Source: Octopus bimaculoides (lineage: Eukaryota). Taken from it: a stretch of DNA of 34,865 nucleotides. The notes under the pieces were generated by a model that saw only the letters and a list, made by a program, of their open reading frames with translations, was not told the DNA's origin and made no database searches. The translations under genes and the position numbers were made by a program. The DNA is taken from positions 45,094,636-45,129,500 of the forward strand of contig NC_068991.1 of NCBI RefSeq assembly GCF_001194135.2, in the 5' to 3' direction. Positions 1 through 11,340 of the stretch are shown here, one piece after another (positions within the stretch are counted from its first letter, which is position 1; each line of letters starts with the position of its first letter).

Positions 1-445
1 ATAAGGTGGATGAGGAATTTTTTCCCAACCAAGCTCTTCGATCTTCTGTGATGTGATCTTTGCAGTGTGGGGTCGCGCATTGTCCTGATGAAACATCACT
101 CCTTTTCGATTCACTAAAGTGGGTCTTTTTCTTCAAAGCTTGGTTCAAACGCTCTAATTGCTGACAGTAGACTTGAGCATTGATTGTTGCATTAGGTGGT
201 AACAATTCAAAGTGAATTACTCCTTAGAAATCCCACCAGATAGAAAGAAGAACCTTTTTCCCATGAAGTTCCCTTCTCGGTTGTAGTTGAGCTTTTTCCC
301 TTTTACCAAGCAACTGTTTACGACGTTTAATATTTCGATAGAAGATCCACTTTTTGTCACCAGTTACAAGTCTATCCAAAAAAGGTGAAATGATTTCACG
401 AGAATGGAGAGAAAAGCAGATGTCAACTCGGGATTTACTATACAC
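1..445 (-). pseudogene. Mariner (Tc1/mariner, DD34D) transposase fragment, tentatively mellifera-like subfamily; runs off the window start
   Basis: Minus-strand translation: RVDICFSL...FLDRLVTGDKKWIFYRN...KKVLLSIWWDF*GVIHFELLPPNATINAQVYCQQLERLNQALKK, then a frameshift into RPTLVNRKGVMFHQDNARPHTAKITSQKIEELGWEKIPHPPY. These are the mariner TGDEKW, WWD, HDNARPH and HPPY motifs, with an in-frame stop and a frameshift. Confidence 0.95.
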
Positions 446-448
446 GAA

Positions 449-900
449 TTACACATTTATAATATTATATGCGCGCGCGTGTGTCTGTGTGTGTGTGTGT
501 GTGTTTGTATGTATATATACAGACACACACGTATATATATATGCGTATATATGTGCATGTAATGAATATACAAGTATGTATTTATGCGTGTGTATATTTA
601 TACATGTATTAATGTATAAATATATGCAATATTCCTCACACACATAAGAATACTTGTACACATATAAATCCCTCCAATGTAATGCATATCACTATGTTAT
701 ACATAAAGAGTACATGGTTATATATGTAACTATGTGTATTCACACATATTTGCATTCATACTTTGACACTATCAAACTGTGAAGGTTTCATTATCTGTCT
801 GTCTCTACGCATCATCGCATATATGAGTATATCTTGAGTCTATCTGATGTTTGTATGCTATGAAACTGTGTGTGTTAGCGTGTCTATTTTCTTATATAAA
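449..900. repeat. Degenerate (TA)/(TG)/(CA) microsatellite-rich low-complexity tract
   Basis: Direct reading; it truncates the 5' part of the mariner fossil. Confidence 0.8.
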
Positions 901-939
901 AACAAAGCTCAAACAAACATTTGAAGGCAACGGAATTTA

Positions 940-1545
940 AATGTGAATGCTTATTAGAATGCAACTTTCATTTTGAGCGGTTGCAAATGTGAATGTGTGA
1001 ATTTTGTCGTCGATTTGTATATGAGTAATACGAATGCTGATTTGATTATTGAAATGCATGTGACTCTGAATATTGATGTGAATGTAAAACTGAACATCAA
1101 GAACAAAATAAATATGAACGTCAACGGACGTGAATACAGATATGAATATGAACACACGTTGTGAATTTGAAAGTAAATGTGAATACGAATACAGATGTGA
1201 ATATGAACATGAATATTCATGTGTGAATATGAATGTTAATATAAATATGTGATGTGCATAAATAAGTGAATGCCAATGCAAATAACAAATATGAAAATAT
1301 ATATATTTCAATGTAAGTCTGGATTTGAATGTAGTTATGAATGTAAATAATGTAGAACCGAATGTGAATAGAAACGTAAATGTAGATGTGATCATCAACG
1401 TGAACGTGGATGTAGATTTGAATGTCAGTGTGACTGCAGATACAGATAGATGTAGATGTGAATATGAATGGGAATGGGAATGTAACTGTGAATGTAGAAG
1501 TGAAGGGAATATGAGTAGTAATGCTGACAAGAATGTGGATGATAA
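940..1545. repeat. Cryptic degenerate hexamer satellite (TGTRAA/TGTAGA-like), resuming at about 1975-2075 after two SINEs
   Basis: Phase-6 units such as tgtgaa tagaaa cgtaaa tgtaga tgtgat catcaa cgtgaa cgtgga tgtaga; the overlapping ORF reads NV/DV dipeptides. Confidence 0.75.
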
Positions 1546-1548
1546 TCA

Positions 1549-1736
1549 TTTCTACTTAAGCAGAAGACATGAAATTTTGGAGGAAGGCTTGTCGATTACG
1601 TCGACGAAATTGCTCAACTGGTACTTATATCATCGACCCCAAAAGGATGAAAGACAAAGTCGACCACGGTGGATTTTGAACTCAGAAAGTAAAGACAGAC
1701 GAAGTGCCGCTAAGCATTTTGTGCAGCGTGATAATG
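1549..1736 (-). mobile_element. tRNA-related SINE, family A (body GCCTTTCATCCTTTCGGGGTCGATAAA..AAGTACCAG), diverged copy
   Basis: Same body as the copies at 1742, 9508, 9731, 11946 and elsewhere in the window; B-box-like GAGTTCAAAATCC on the minus strand. Confidence 0.85.
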
Positions 1737-1741
1737 TTTAT

Positions 1742-1972
1742 TATTTCTTTATTGCCCACAAGGGGCTAAACATAGAGGGGACAAACAAGGACAGACAAAG
1801 GGATTAAGTCGATTACATGGACCCCAGTGCGTAACTGGTACTTAATTTATCGACCCCGAAAGGATGAAAGGCAAAGTCGACCTCAGCGGAATTTGAACTC
1901 AGAACGTAATGGCAGACGAAATACTGCTAAGTATTTTGCCCGGCGTGCTATCGTTTCTGCCAGTTCGCCGCT
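1742..1972 (-). mobile_element. SINE family A, near full length, alternative 3' tail
   Basis: Minus strand: GGCGAACTGGCAGAAACGATAGC (A-box-like) ... GAGTTCAAATTCC (B-box-like) ... GCCTTTCATCCTTTCGGGGTCGATAAATTAAGTACCAG; tail contains TTTAGCCCCTTGTGGGCAATAAAG. Confidence 0.9.
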
Positions 1973-2084
1973 TTGAGAACGTGAATGATAATGTTGGAAA
2001 AAATGCGAACCTGTATATAAGTATGAATGTAAATGTTGAAGTCATTGAGATTTTTGTTAATGGAAATGAGTGAGTGTGTGTGAG

Positions 2085-2097
2085 TGACTGTGTGTTT

Positions 2098-2190
<93 letters not shown>
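2085..2190. repeat. (TG)n microsatellite
   Basis: Direct reading. Confidence 0.98.
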
Positions 2191-2191
<1 letters not shown>

Positions 2192-2229
2192 ATGTAGCTG
2201 AGTATTTAAGTGTATTTGTCGATGTGACC

Positions 2230-2560
2230 CTGTGTATTAGCATCACTTGAAGTTAGGGCGACAATACTGATGGTAGTAATGACGATGGTGATAACTGTGG
2301 TGAAATAATAGAAATGATACTTTTGAACTTGGTTGAAAGGTGATGGTGATATCTCATGCGATGGGGATGGCAGCGAGGATCATAGAAACGAAGGTGACGT
2401 TGATGTTGATGATGATGTTTCTTGCTACTGCTGCTTATGATAATGATGACGAGGGCGATGGTATTGATAATAGTCATGATATATATATATGTGGCGTTGA
2501 TGGCGACGAAGACTGTGTTACTGTTGATGTAGTTAGTTAAATGACGATGACGTAGCGAGA
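2230..2560. repeat. Degenerate (GAT/GGT)n trinucleotide tract
   Basis: Direct reading; produces spurious M/D/V-rich ORFs. Confidence 0.7.
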
Positions 2561-2764
2561 GAAAGAAAAATAAAGCCTATTGATAAAAAGAGAAAAAAAG
2601 GGAGGCGAAACGAAAGTGCGTAGAAGTTGGAAAACGGGATTTAGATTAAAATGATGGTGATAATGAGGTTGGGGGGGGGGGTCAGTAGAGAATATAGAGA
2701 ACATGGGGTGAAAGAGAGGGGTTTATTTTTCAGACAAGCAAGAGAGATGAATGAAAAGTTAAAG

Positions 2765-2801
2765 ATTATATATATATATATCCATCCTATATTTATGTAC
2801 A

Positions 2802-2858
<57 letters not shown>

Positions 2859-2903
2859 CTCTCTCTCTATATATATATACGCACACACACACATACATAT
2901 ACA

Positions 2904-2966
<63 letters not shown>

Positions 2967-3085
2967 GGGAGAGAGCGAAAAATGTATATAGAAAATGAAA
3001 GCGAGGGTGAGAGGAAGAGCAGTGAGAGGGAGAGAGAGAGAGAGTGAGAAGGAGAGGGAGAGGGAGAGAGAGAGAGAGTGAGAGA
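2765..3085. repeat. Compound microsatellite (TA)(TATC)(TC)(CA)(TG)(GA)
   Basis: Direct reading. Confidence 0.95.
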
Positions 3086-3219
3086 CTAAGGAGACTAAGG
3101 AGACTGTCGTCGATTGGTTTTCCTGATTGATCTCCTTCGAACTATCAATTAGATGGAAGTAGAATGATTGAAATGATCGCTATGGCAACAAACTTTATAG
3201 ATCTTGTTTTATATGGGCG

Positions 3220-3640
3220 ACAGTGATGGTGTTGACGGTAGGGATGGAGATGTGTCACTGTCGTCGTCGGATGCTCTTGGAGATGATGATGATGATGATG
3301 TTGATATTGACGTAGATGGCAGTAGTGCTGGTGGTGGTGGTGCGAGTTAAAGTAAGAAAGGAAGAGGTAGTAGCGGTAGTGGTGATAATACAGGTGACAA
3401 CGGTGATGCTTGTTGTGACGGTGATATTAGTAGCGGTTGTCCTTAAGCTCGTACAACTGGTAACACTGGCAATAGTGATGGAACGACTGGTGGTGGGAAT
3501 TATAGTAATCGTAGCTGGGGTGGTGCTGCTAGTAGTGGTGTTGATGCTGATAATTGCAGTATTAGAGATGGCAGTGGAGATACTGCGGTAGTGGTAGTGG
3601 TAGTGGAGGTGGTGGTGGTGGTGGTTGTGATAGATATAGT
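3220..3640. repeat. Degenerate (GGT/GAT/GTA)n trinucleotide tract
   Basis: Direct reading; the V-rich ORF at 3316-3591 is a by-product. Confidence 0.7.
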
Positions 3641-3722
3641 TGAATCAGGGATGTGACTTGTGGATACATGTAAGCTTATAGCCAGAGTAACTTCAGATAA
3701 CCGGTTTGGGACTACACCCCAC

Positions 3723-3763
<41 letters not shown>

Positions 3764-4131
3764 GTGAGTGCGTGTGTGCGCGTAAATATATGTTTATGAG
3801 CGTATGTAAGGGTGTGTGTACATTTATAAGTATATATATCCCTCACCTCCTCTCTCTCTCTCTGTCTCTCTCTGTCTCTCTGTTATTTGCATATTATTTA
3901 TATAGATATTGTGTCTATGTATGTATATTTGTGTGTGTGTGTTTGCGTGTGTACAGATACATATACATATCTATAATTACATGCCTTCAAATATTTATAT
4001 ATAGATTTGTATAAATATAAACTTATATCACTGTTTGTCTATCAATCTATCTATCTATATATCTATCTTTATATATATATATATATATATATATACAGAG
4101 AGGAAAAGAGAGAGAGAGAGAGAGAGGGAGA

Positions 4132-4168
<37 letters not shown>

Positions 4169-4204
4169 GTATGTCTGTGTGCACATATATATATATTTCT
4201 TTAA

Positions 4205-4275
4205 TCTTTTGTTTCAGTTATTAAAGAGCGGCCATGCTGGAGCACCACCTGTTTAGTCGAATGGATCGAACCCAT
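4205..4275 (-). mobile_element. SINE 3' fragment, family with tail GGTGCTCCAGCATGGCCGC..ACTGAAACAA
   Basis: Matches 34612-34680 and the reverse complement of 24120-24170. Confidence 0.75.
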
Positions 4276-4318
4276 CATATATATGTATGTATACACACAT
4301 ACACTCACTCACACAAAC

Positions 4319-4371
<53 letters not shown>

Positions 4372-4379
4372 GTTGGAAC

Positions 4380-4550
4380 TTACAAAAACATTAACGAAAC
4401 AAAAGACGAAGACGGGTGTGTAAACAACAAACAGATGTATTAGTTTAACGCTCGGGAAGCGAGAAAGTCTTTTACGTTTCGAGCCTACGTTCTTCAACAG
4501 AAAGGAACACAGAAATAAACAGGGAGAGAAAATAAAAAAAGTTTTAGTGG
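4380..4550 (-). mobile_element. Probable Penelope-like element pLTR remnant carrying a hammerhead-like motif
   Basis: Minus strand CTTT-CTGTTGAA-GAAC-GTAG-GCTC-GAAACGT-A-AAAG followed by a T-rich tail; this is the layout of PLE minimal type I hammerheads. Confidence 0.5.
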
Positions 4551-4559
4551 CTAGCGATC

Positions 4560-4606
4560 AATATATATACATATACATATACATACATGCATACATACAT
4601 ACATAG

Positions 4607-4703
<97 letters not shown>
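4560..4703. repeat. (TACA)n/(TA)n microsatellite
   Basis: Direct reading. Confidence 0.97.
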
Positions 4704-4704
<1 letters not shown>

Positions 4705-5443
4705 TATTCGATATTTTTAATTCCTATATATCTAACTTCATTGTGAAAGTATAACCTATAGACGAACCTCGTTAAGCAATAGACTAGTATCCGACTAGTT
4801 TCAAATTTATTAATACTCATCAGAGATAACTTGCTTTTACCCTCACTGATGAAAAAAAACTATCTCTATATGAAAAACGTGCACCAATTATTACTGGTGC
4901 GTAGTTATTTTTATTACGGTAAAAAAAAATTGACAGCCAGAATTTAATAACCCAAGCATTGACACATTGTCGTTATGAATAGAAACGGTTTACAGTATTT
5001 TTATTGAAGATGTATTTAAGTTTGCTGTGAAAAAAATACACAACGTCTGTTATTAAATCTCGGCTGTCATTTTTCCTACTATTATGCAAATACAGTTTCT
5101 CCAGTAATGGTTTGTACGTTTTTCATAAAGCCATGTAGTCTACTTAGCTTCAAAAGATCAGAGATGAAGTAAGTGATCCCTGATGAGCAATAATGAATGC
5201 GAATCTACTTTGACATTATTTTCCCTAATTTACCAAGAATCTTATGATTAAATTTCACAATCGGATTTAATGGTTTATAAAACATAACCGATAAATTTCC
5301 ACATGCACGTGTGCGTGCCAATGTGTGTCTCTAAGTGTGTATATGTGTATGCATACATACATGCATATATATATGTGTGTGCGTGTATGGGTATATATAC
5401 GCACACACACATACACACATATTGATATATATATATATATATA

Positions 5444-5891
5444 NNNNNNNNNNNNNNNNNNNNNNNNNNNNNNNNNNNNNNNNNNNNNNNNNNNNNNNNN
5501 NNNNNNNNNNNNNNNNNNNNNNNNNNNNNNNNNNNNNNNNNNNNNNNNNNNNNNNNNNNNNNNNNNNNNNNNNNNNNNNNNNNNNNNNNNNNNNNNNNNN
5601 NNNNNNNNNNNNNNNNNNNNNNNNNNNNNNNNNNNNNNNNNNNNNNNNNNNNNNNNNNNNNNNNNNNNNNNNNNNNNNNNNNNNNNNNNNNNNNNNNNNN
5701 NNNNNNNNNNNNNNNNNNNNNNNNNNNNNNNNNNNNNNNNNNNNNNNNNNNNNNNNNNNNNNNNNNNNNNNNNNNNNNNNNNNNNNNNNNNNNNNNNNNN
5801 NNNNNNNNNNNNNNNNNNNNNNNNNNNNNNNNNNNNNNNNNNNNNNNNNNNNNNNNNNNNNNNNNNNNNNNNNNNNNNNNNNNNNNNNNNN
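5444..5891. other. Assembly gap (N run) flanked by (TA)n and (TAA)n
   Basis: Run of N. Confidence 1.
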
Positions 5892-5935
<44 letters not shown>

Positions 5936-6443
5936 AAATAATATGTGAGTATATGCATATATACGTACATGTATGTACATACCTACATCTACATGTATAT
6001 ATAGATGCATATCTGGGTACAAGACATCACAAAAAAAAGTGGACAAAATGAAAAACAGAACATAGGTAGAGCACAGAAAACACACAGGCCACACAGAGAA
6101 CATTTCCTTCATCAGCTGCCACCATTTTAAAACTAAGCGTTTAGAAGAGTTAGGGCAGTATATATATACATATATTGATGTTTGCTTTTATGTTTAGTTA
6201 TAATAAAAGCAATTTTACATTAATCTGAAGGGTTACTCTATGCTTCTTTACTTTTGTAGAGTACTGATCTATTAGTCTTAAGCAAGAATATTATTGAAAG
6301 TAACTTTGAAGTTTCAGCCAGCTAAGCCATCATCGAACTACTTAACTGGCAGAAACTTTGAAGTCATAGTCAATATTATGCTAATAATCAGGGTCGACCT
6401 CTGAGTATGAAATTGTGATTGTAAATATAGAAGCTGTGTAATT

Positions 6444-6776
6444 GTTGCATAGCTCAGTGGTTAGAGCGTCGGGCTTACAATCATAAGGTAGTGAGTTCGA
6501 TTCCTGGAACAGGTTGTGAGTTGCGTTTTTGAGCCAGATACTTCATTTCACGTTGCTCTAGTTCACTCAGCTGTAGAAATGAGTTGCGATGTCACTGGTG
6601 CCAAGCTGTACCAGCCTTTGCCTTTGCATTGGATCACATCAGTGGTGTGGAGAGGGGAGGCTGGTATGTATGGGCGACTGCTGGTCTTCCATAAACAACC
6701 TTGCCCGCATTTTTGCCTCGAAGGGGAACTTCTTATGTGTGTAATCCCATAGGCATTCATGGTCGAAGGGGATCGT
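6444..6776 (+). mobile_element. tRNA-derived SINE with a CORE-like central domain
   Basis: Head GCATAGCTCAGTGGTTAGAGCG (A box) ... GAGTTCGATTCC (B box), then TTTTTGAGCCAGATACTTCATTTCAC...CACTCAGCTGTAGAAATGAGT, which resembles the CORE consensus (recalled). Confidence 0.8.
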
Positions 6777-7077
6777 TATAATTGTAACAAGGCACATGTA
6801 ACATGTTTCTCTCCTGTTGGAGCGCCAGGAATGACCATAACATAGATAAGTTTTGAAAGAATGTCATTCGTGCATATAAATACTTTTGGAGAAAAGCAAA
6901 CGGCAACACTCTATAAATACATACTAACTCTGACTACTCCAAGGTAACATGAAAAACAATAGTCGTCAGAATAAATCAGAGTTTATCGAAACTACATTCT
7001 GATTGGAATATTTCAACCGTGTAATTGATTACTCTTGTTTTTCCCTCGTTTACAACTCTAAACGCGTCTGTGTTTAC

Positions 7078-7088
7078 ATCTATCAATC

Positions 7089-7131
<43 letters not shown>

Positions 7132-7175
7132 TTATCTATCTATCTGTCTGTCTGTCTGTCTGTCTGTCTGTCCAT
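7078..7175. repeat. (TATC)n(TGTC)n microsatellite
   Basis: Direct reading. Confidence 0.97.
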
Positions 7176-7197
7176 CTAGTAGCGACGACTCTTGAAA

Positions 7198-8290
7198 ATG
7201 GATAAAATATGACATCGTGGCGTTTTCAAATACCTGCAGGAAAAGCCTTTAACCCCCAGTGACATATATGCTGGCATATTTGCTATACTAGGGGATGATC
7301 CTCCAGATTTATCAACAATGCAAAAGTGGGCAGCTGAATTTAGGGGGGGAAGGGAGAGTTTTGAATATGACCCAAAGTTTAGACGTTCTGCAACTGCTAC
7401 CACCGAGGAAAGCATTGATCTTGTTTGCTACATGATGTTGGATGTCAAACGATTGAATAGAAATCAAATAGCCAATGCTATTATCATATACCGTGAAAAA
7501 GGCGAAAAAATTCTGCACAATGAAATTGGCATGGTGAAGGTTTCTGCTCAGTGGGTGCCATATCTGCTGATACCTGATGAAAAGCGTACCAGGCTGATCA
7601 CATTACTGGAAAATATGACATTTAAACAGTTTCAGCTGGTTTCCGTAATCCAGGATAGTAATGGCTTCATCCCTTTGAGCTAGAGACTAAAATACAATCC
7701 ACGCTGTGGAAACATCCCTCTTCGCCTGCTCCAAAAAAGGGCAATGTCGTTTCATCTGCAAGGATGGGGATGGCCTCAGTGTTTTGGGATGCAAAGGGCA
7801 TTGTGTTTATTGACTATCATCAAATGGGTCACACCATGAATGGAGAGTACTATGCCAACTTGCTGAGGCGTTTACGAAAGGTTACCGAGACTAAACACCC
7901 AGGAAAACTAACGAAAGTCGTCTTATATCATCAGAACAATGTTCCAGCACACGAATCCTTCATTTTAATGGTTGCTGTGCATGACTATGGAATTGGGCTG
8001 GTTGAGTACGCCCTCTATTTACCTTATTTAACTTCAAGTGACTATCATCTCTTCCGCAACATGGAAAATCACTTGGCTGGGAACCATAACTGCAGTGATC
8101 ATAATATCATATCATATCAGACGTTGATGGTTTTTCAACCAACTGGATGGAAGTTTCTCCCATGGGATCCAAACATTGCAACACCAATGAAACAAGTATG
8201 TGGAACGCAAGGGGGACTATGCTGAAAAATAAAAACCTAATATGCTTATCATTCCATGAGAGTATCTTAGTCAGCCTATGAACTTTTCAG
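7198..8290 (+). pseudogene. Near full-length mariner transposase fossil, tentatively irritans/Himar1-like; 5' TIR lost, probable 3' end near 8290
   Basis: MDKI*HRGVFKYL...STMQKWAAEFRGGRESFEYDP...KVSAQWVPYLL (WVPHEL motif), frameshift, then QDS.W...MASVFWDAKGIVFIDY...NGEYYANLL...LYHQNNVPAH (second catalytic D changed to N)...YLTSSDYHLF. Contains stops and frameshifts. Confidence 0.93.
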
Positions 8291-8410
8291 TATGTATGTA
8301 CACACACACACACACACACACACACACGCGCACGCACGCACGCACACACACACACACACACATATATACACACACACACATATTACATACATATACATAC
8401 ATATATACAT
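8291..8410. repeat. (CA)n/(TA)n compound microsatellite
   Basis: Direct reading. Confidence 0.95.
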
Positions 8411-8934
8411 GGCAGTCTATCTAATTGTGTGTGTGCATGACCGTGTGTGCGTCCGTGTGAGCGCGCACGTGTGTTTGTGCATCTTTTCTTATTTTGTTTA
8501 GATGAATCTATATAACCATCAGTCTATTGTTTTACATGCGTCTGTTAATGCATACGACATTAACTAAGTCTGTTTTGAACGTTGCTTTCATCTAATGGTT
8601 TAATGGAGTTCAGGGCTGTTAATATATTTGTCAACGCTTTTAGTACTTCAGCTGTGTTCTTTTAATTTTTAATACCCAACCCAAAATCTAAGCACCATTC
8701 TTCAACTTGCTATTGTTATTATTATTGTTATTTTTGTTGCTATTATTGGTATTGATGATGGCGGTGATTTCAGCAGAAGCAGCAGCAGGAACAGAAGTAG
8801 TAGTAATATTAGTAGTAGTAGTAGTTTTCTTGCTTTTGTTTTTTTTTTGTTACCGTAGTTGCTATGTTCAAAATTGCTATTTTCGTTTTATTTTTCGCTT
8901 TTTTTTTTCATTTCATTTTCGTTAATACAATATC

Positions 8935-9120
8935 GCAGTTGTTTAGATCCTAATTGAGCAGCGTTTTGGATCAAAGCCATTCCAATCAAGCCCATCCTCC
9001 CATTTTGCATATCAACGACAACACTGTGTAATATATCCTTACATTTCATAAGATAATTAAGCTTGGTTTGAGCGAAATTTAGCTGTTGTTTCTTGCAAGT
9101 CGAGCCATCACGCGGAATAG
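8935..9120. mobile_element. Old interspersed repeat; related copies at about 11440-11615 and 20640-20825
   Basis: Shared motifs GATCAAAG.CATTCCA and GTTTGAG.GA.ATTTAGCTG.T.TTTCT at three loci; highly diverged. Confidence 0.4.
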
Positions 9121-9429
9121 GAGCAACGAATATTTATTATTTCAAAGGGCGAAAGTCACGCGCATAAAGTCTCGTGCCCCTCTTGCGATGATAAATATAA
9201 TAAAACTTTAGTAAGTATGCAATTTATTTTCAATTAGTAAACGTGTTCAGGCTAATCCGATTATAATATATAACCTTAATTTAATATAATCTCAGGAAAT
9301 GATTTTATTTTGGATGAATTACTTGAGAAAGATGGTGATATCTCTATTTGGTTAGAAATGTTAATTCATTCAGAATTGTTGCAACCAAACAATTTGGAAG
9401 ATGGCCCTCGCTGAGTTTCATGCAAAGGT

Positions 9430-9507
9430 GCAATGATACTGCTACTGCTGCTACTGCTGCTGCTACTACTACTACTACTAATAATAATGATGATGATGAT
9501 GATAATG
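9430..9507. repeat. (CTG/CTA/TAA/GAT)n trinucleotide array abutting a SINE tail
   Basis: Direct reading. Confidence 0.9.
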
Positions 9508-9720
9508 TTTTCAAATTTTGGCACAAGGCCAGCAATTTCGATGGAGGTAGTAAGCTGAATATATCGACCCCCAGTAATCAACTGGTACTTATTTTATCAA
9601 CCCCGAAAGGATGAAAGGTAAAATCGACCTCTGCGGGATTCGAGCTCCTAACATAAAAGCGGTCAAAATATCGCTAAGCATTTTGTTCGGCATGCTAACA
9701 ATTCTGCCATCTCGCCACCT
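9508..9720 (-). mobile_element. SINE family A copy
   Basis: Family A body; tail CTGGCCTTGTGCCAAAATTTGAAA on the minus strand. Confidence 0.88.
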
Positions 9721-9730
9721 TTACATTCTT

Positions 9731-9929
9731 TCCAATTTTGATACAAAGTCTGTAATTTTGAAGAGAGGTGCAATGGAAAACTTTGACCCCAATGCTCAAC
9801 AGGTACTTATTTTATCGACCCCAAATAGCTGAAAGGTAAAGTCGACCTCAGTGGAATTTGAACTCAGAACATAAAGACGGGCGAAGCATTTTGTCCGACC
9901 AGCTAACGATTCCGCTAGTTTGCCGCCTT
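9731..9929 (-). mobile_element. SINE family A copy, in tandem with the previous one
   Basis: AAAGGTAAAGTCGACCTCAGTGGAATTTGAACTCAGAAC ... CTAGTTTGCCGCCTTA. Confidence 0.85.
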
Positions 9930-10024
9930 AATAAGGCTTGATCCAGTTTGAAGTGTGTTACAAGACCACCAAAATTCGACCGACTTAAATTCGATCTTGA
10001 AACAACTAACGGCTGGTCAAAAGT

Positions 10025-11158
10025 CTATCGTGAAACAACTAACAACTGGATGTTAAAACACATTGAAAGTCACGAGAGGCATAAGAAGCTTCATTCTGTC
10101 TTGAAGGAGAGCAAAAAATAATTTGTTATTGATTTCATGAATGAGACCCAAGTTGAACAGCCTGGGGGAAGTGTAGCAATTGTTGTTGCAAAGAAATTAA
10201 AATTAATGTCAAAGATAAAAGCACGAGCACAATTGAATGGTAGGTGGGAACAGAAACCTCTATATGGCAAATATATTGCTCGTAGCAAACAAGCTGATGT
10301 TAACCAGAAGCACATCCATGAGTGGTTACGAAGCTGAGAGTTAAAGGTAGAGAGCGAAGGCTTTATTTTAGCTGCTCAAGATCTAAGCTGATTGATCCGG
10401 AACTACCAAGCCAATGTTATTAAAAATGAAATAGATCCAAAGTGCCGATTCTGCAATGGTGAGAGAGAAACAGTGGACCACTTAATCTCTGGATGTAAAG
10501 TTTTAGCATCAGTAGAGAATAAATCAAGACATGACAGAGTTGGCCAATATGTACACTGGTTTCATATGTCGACGTTATAAATCAAATCTCTTGACAAGTG
10601 GTATAAGCATCATCCCGAGACTGTAACTAAGGACACAGACCCATCAAAGCTAAGAAACCAGATATCATCTTAAAAGATCAAAATAATATAGTCAGTTTAT
10701 TGATCGATAAAGTATCCCTTGAAATCATATTTCAGCAAAAGAATTTGACAAACTCAGAAAATATAAAGATTTGCTCACTGAAGTCGAAAAAACGTGGTAT
10801 CAAAAGGCAATTTAAAATCCAGTGATTGTAGGAATGATCAAAAATGGAACTGAAAATTATATGAGAATTATCCTTGGCCTACCATCTACTGCAAGAAGTG
10901 CAAGAGATTGTTTTAACTGGTACGTCACACATATTGAAAAGAAAATTGTCTCTGTGAGAACGATTATTTTCTATGTAAATAATTTTTTCTATTTTTTTTT
11001 AATTTTGTAAATGAACAATCTAGTGTGTTTATTTTAATGGTTTATCAATGCGTACAGTGAGTTTCTTTGGCCTAGGTGACAGGAAGGCATTCGGCAAGAA
11101 AAAGAAACAAAAGGATGAAAAAAATTCAATATCATTAGATAATGATGATGATGATAAT
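10025..11158 (+). mobile_element. 5'-truncated non-LTR retrotransposon, R4/Dong clade (RLE), fossil
   Basis: WMLKHIESHE..KKLHSV; RWEQKPLYGKY; EGFILAAQD; CCHC knuckle CRFC..ERETVDHLISGC; RHDRVGQYVHW; KWYKHHPE; PDII; KEFDKLRKYKDL; PVIVG. The 3' UTR ends at a (GAT)/(TAA)n array. Confidence 0.92.
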
Positions 11159-11182
11159 AATAATAATAATAATAATAATAGT

Positions 11183-11213
<31 letters not shown>

Positions 11214-11228
11214 GCAGCAACAACGATG
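11159..11228. repeat. (GAT)(TAA)(CAA) trinucleotide array
   Basis: Direct reading. Confidence 0.95.
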
Positions 11229-11340
11229 GTTTCTAATTTAGGCATGTGGTCAACAATTTTGAGGGAGTATTAGTCGATAGCATTGGCCCTAGTAATTATT
11301 TCATTGATTTCGAAAGCAAAGTTGACCTCGGCGGGATTTT
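11229..11340 (-). mobile_element. SINE family A 3' fragment
   Basis: TTCTAATTTAGGCATGTGGTCAACAATTTTGAGGGAG ... GCAAAGTTGACCTCGGCGGGATTT. Confidence 0.75.

Noticed and set aside
1549-1972. Repeated sequence units with intervening DNA suggesting a CRISPR-like array
   Set aside because: These are dispersed SINE copies of about 200 bp without regular spacer length, in eukaryotic context with no cas genes.
3316-3591. Hydrophobic, membrane-protein-like ORFs (also 937-1530 and 8707-8925)
   Set aside because: They are translations of degenerate GGT/GTA/TTG or hexamer repeats.
4818-4870. CATCAG...CTGATGA with AGAGATA/TATCTCT inverted match, a possible ribozyme
   Set aside because: There is no stem II or GAAA-stem III arrangement after CTGATGA; short inverted matches are expected in AT-rich DNA.
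6444-6515. tRNA gene-like sequences here and at 16316 and 31023
   Set aside because: A and B boxes are present, but the acceptor and T stems do not close, and each continues into a SINE body (two with TSDs).
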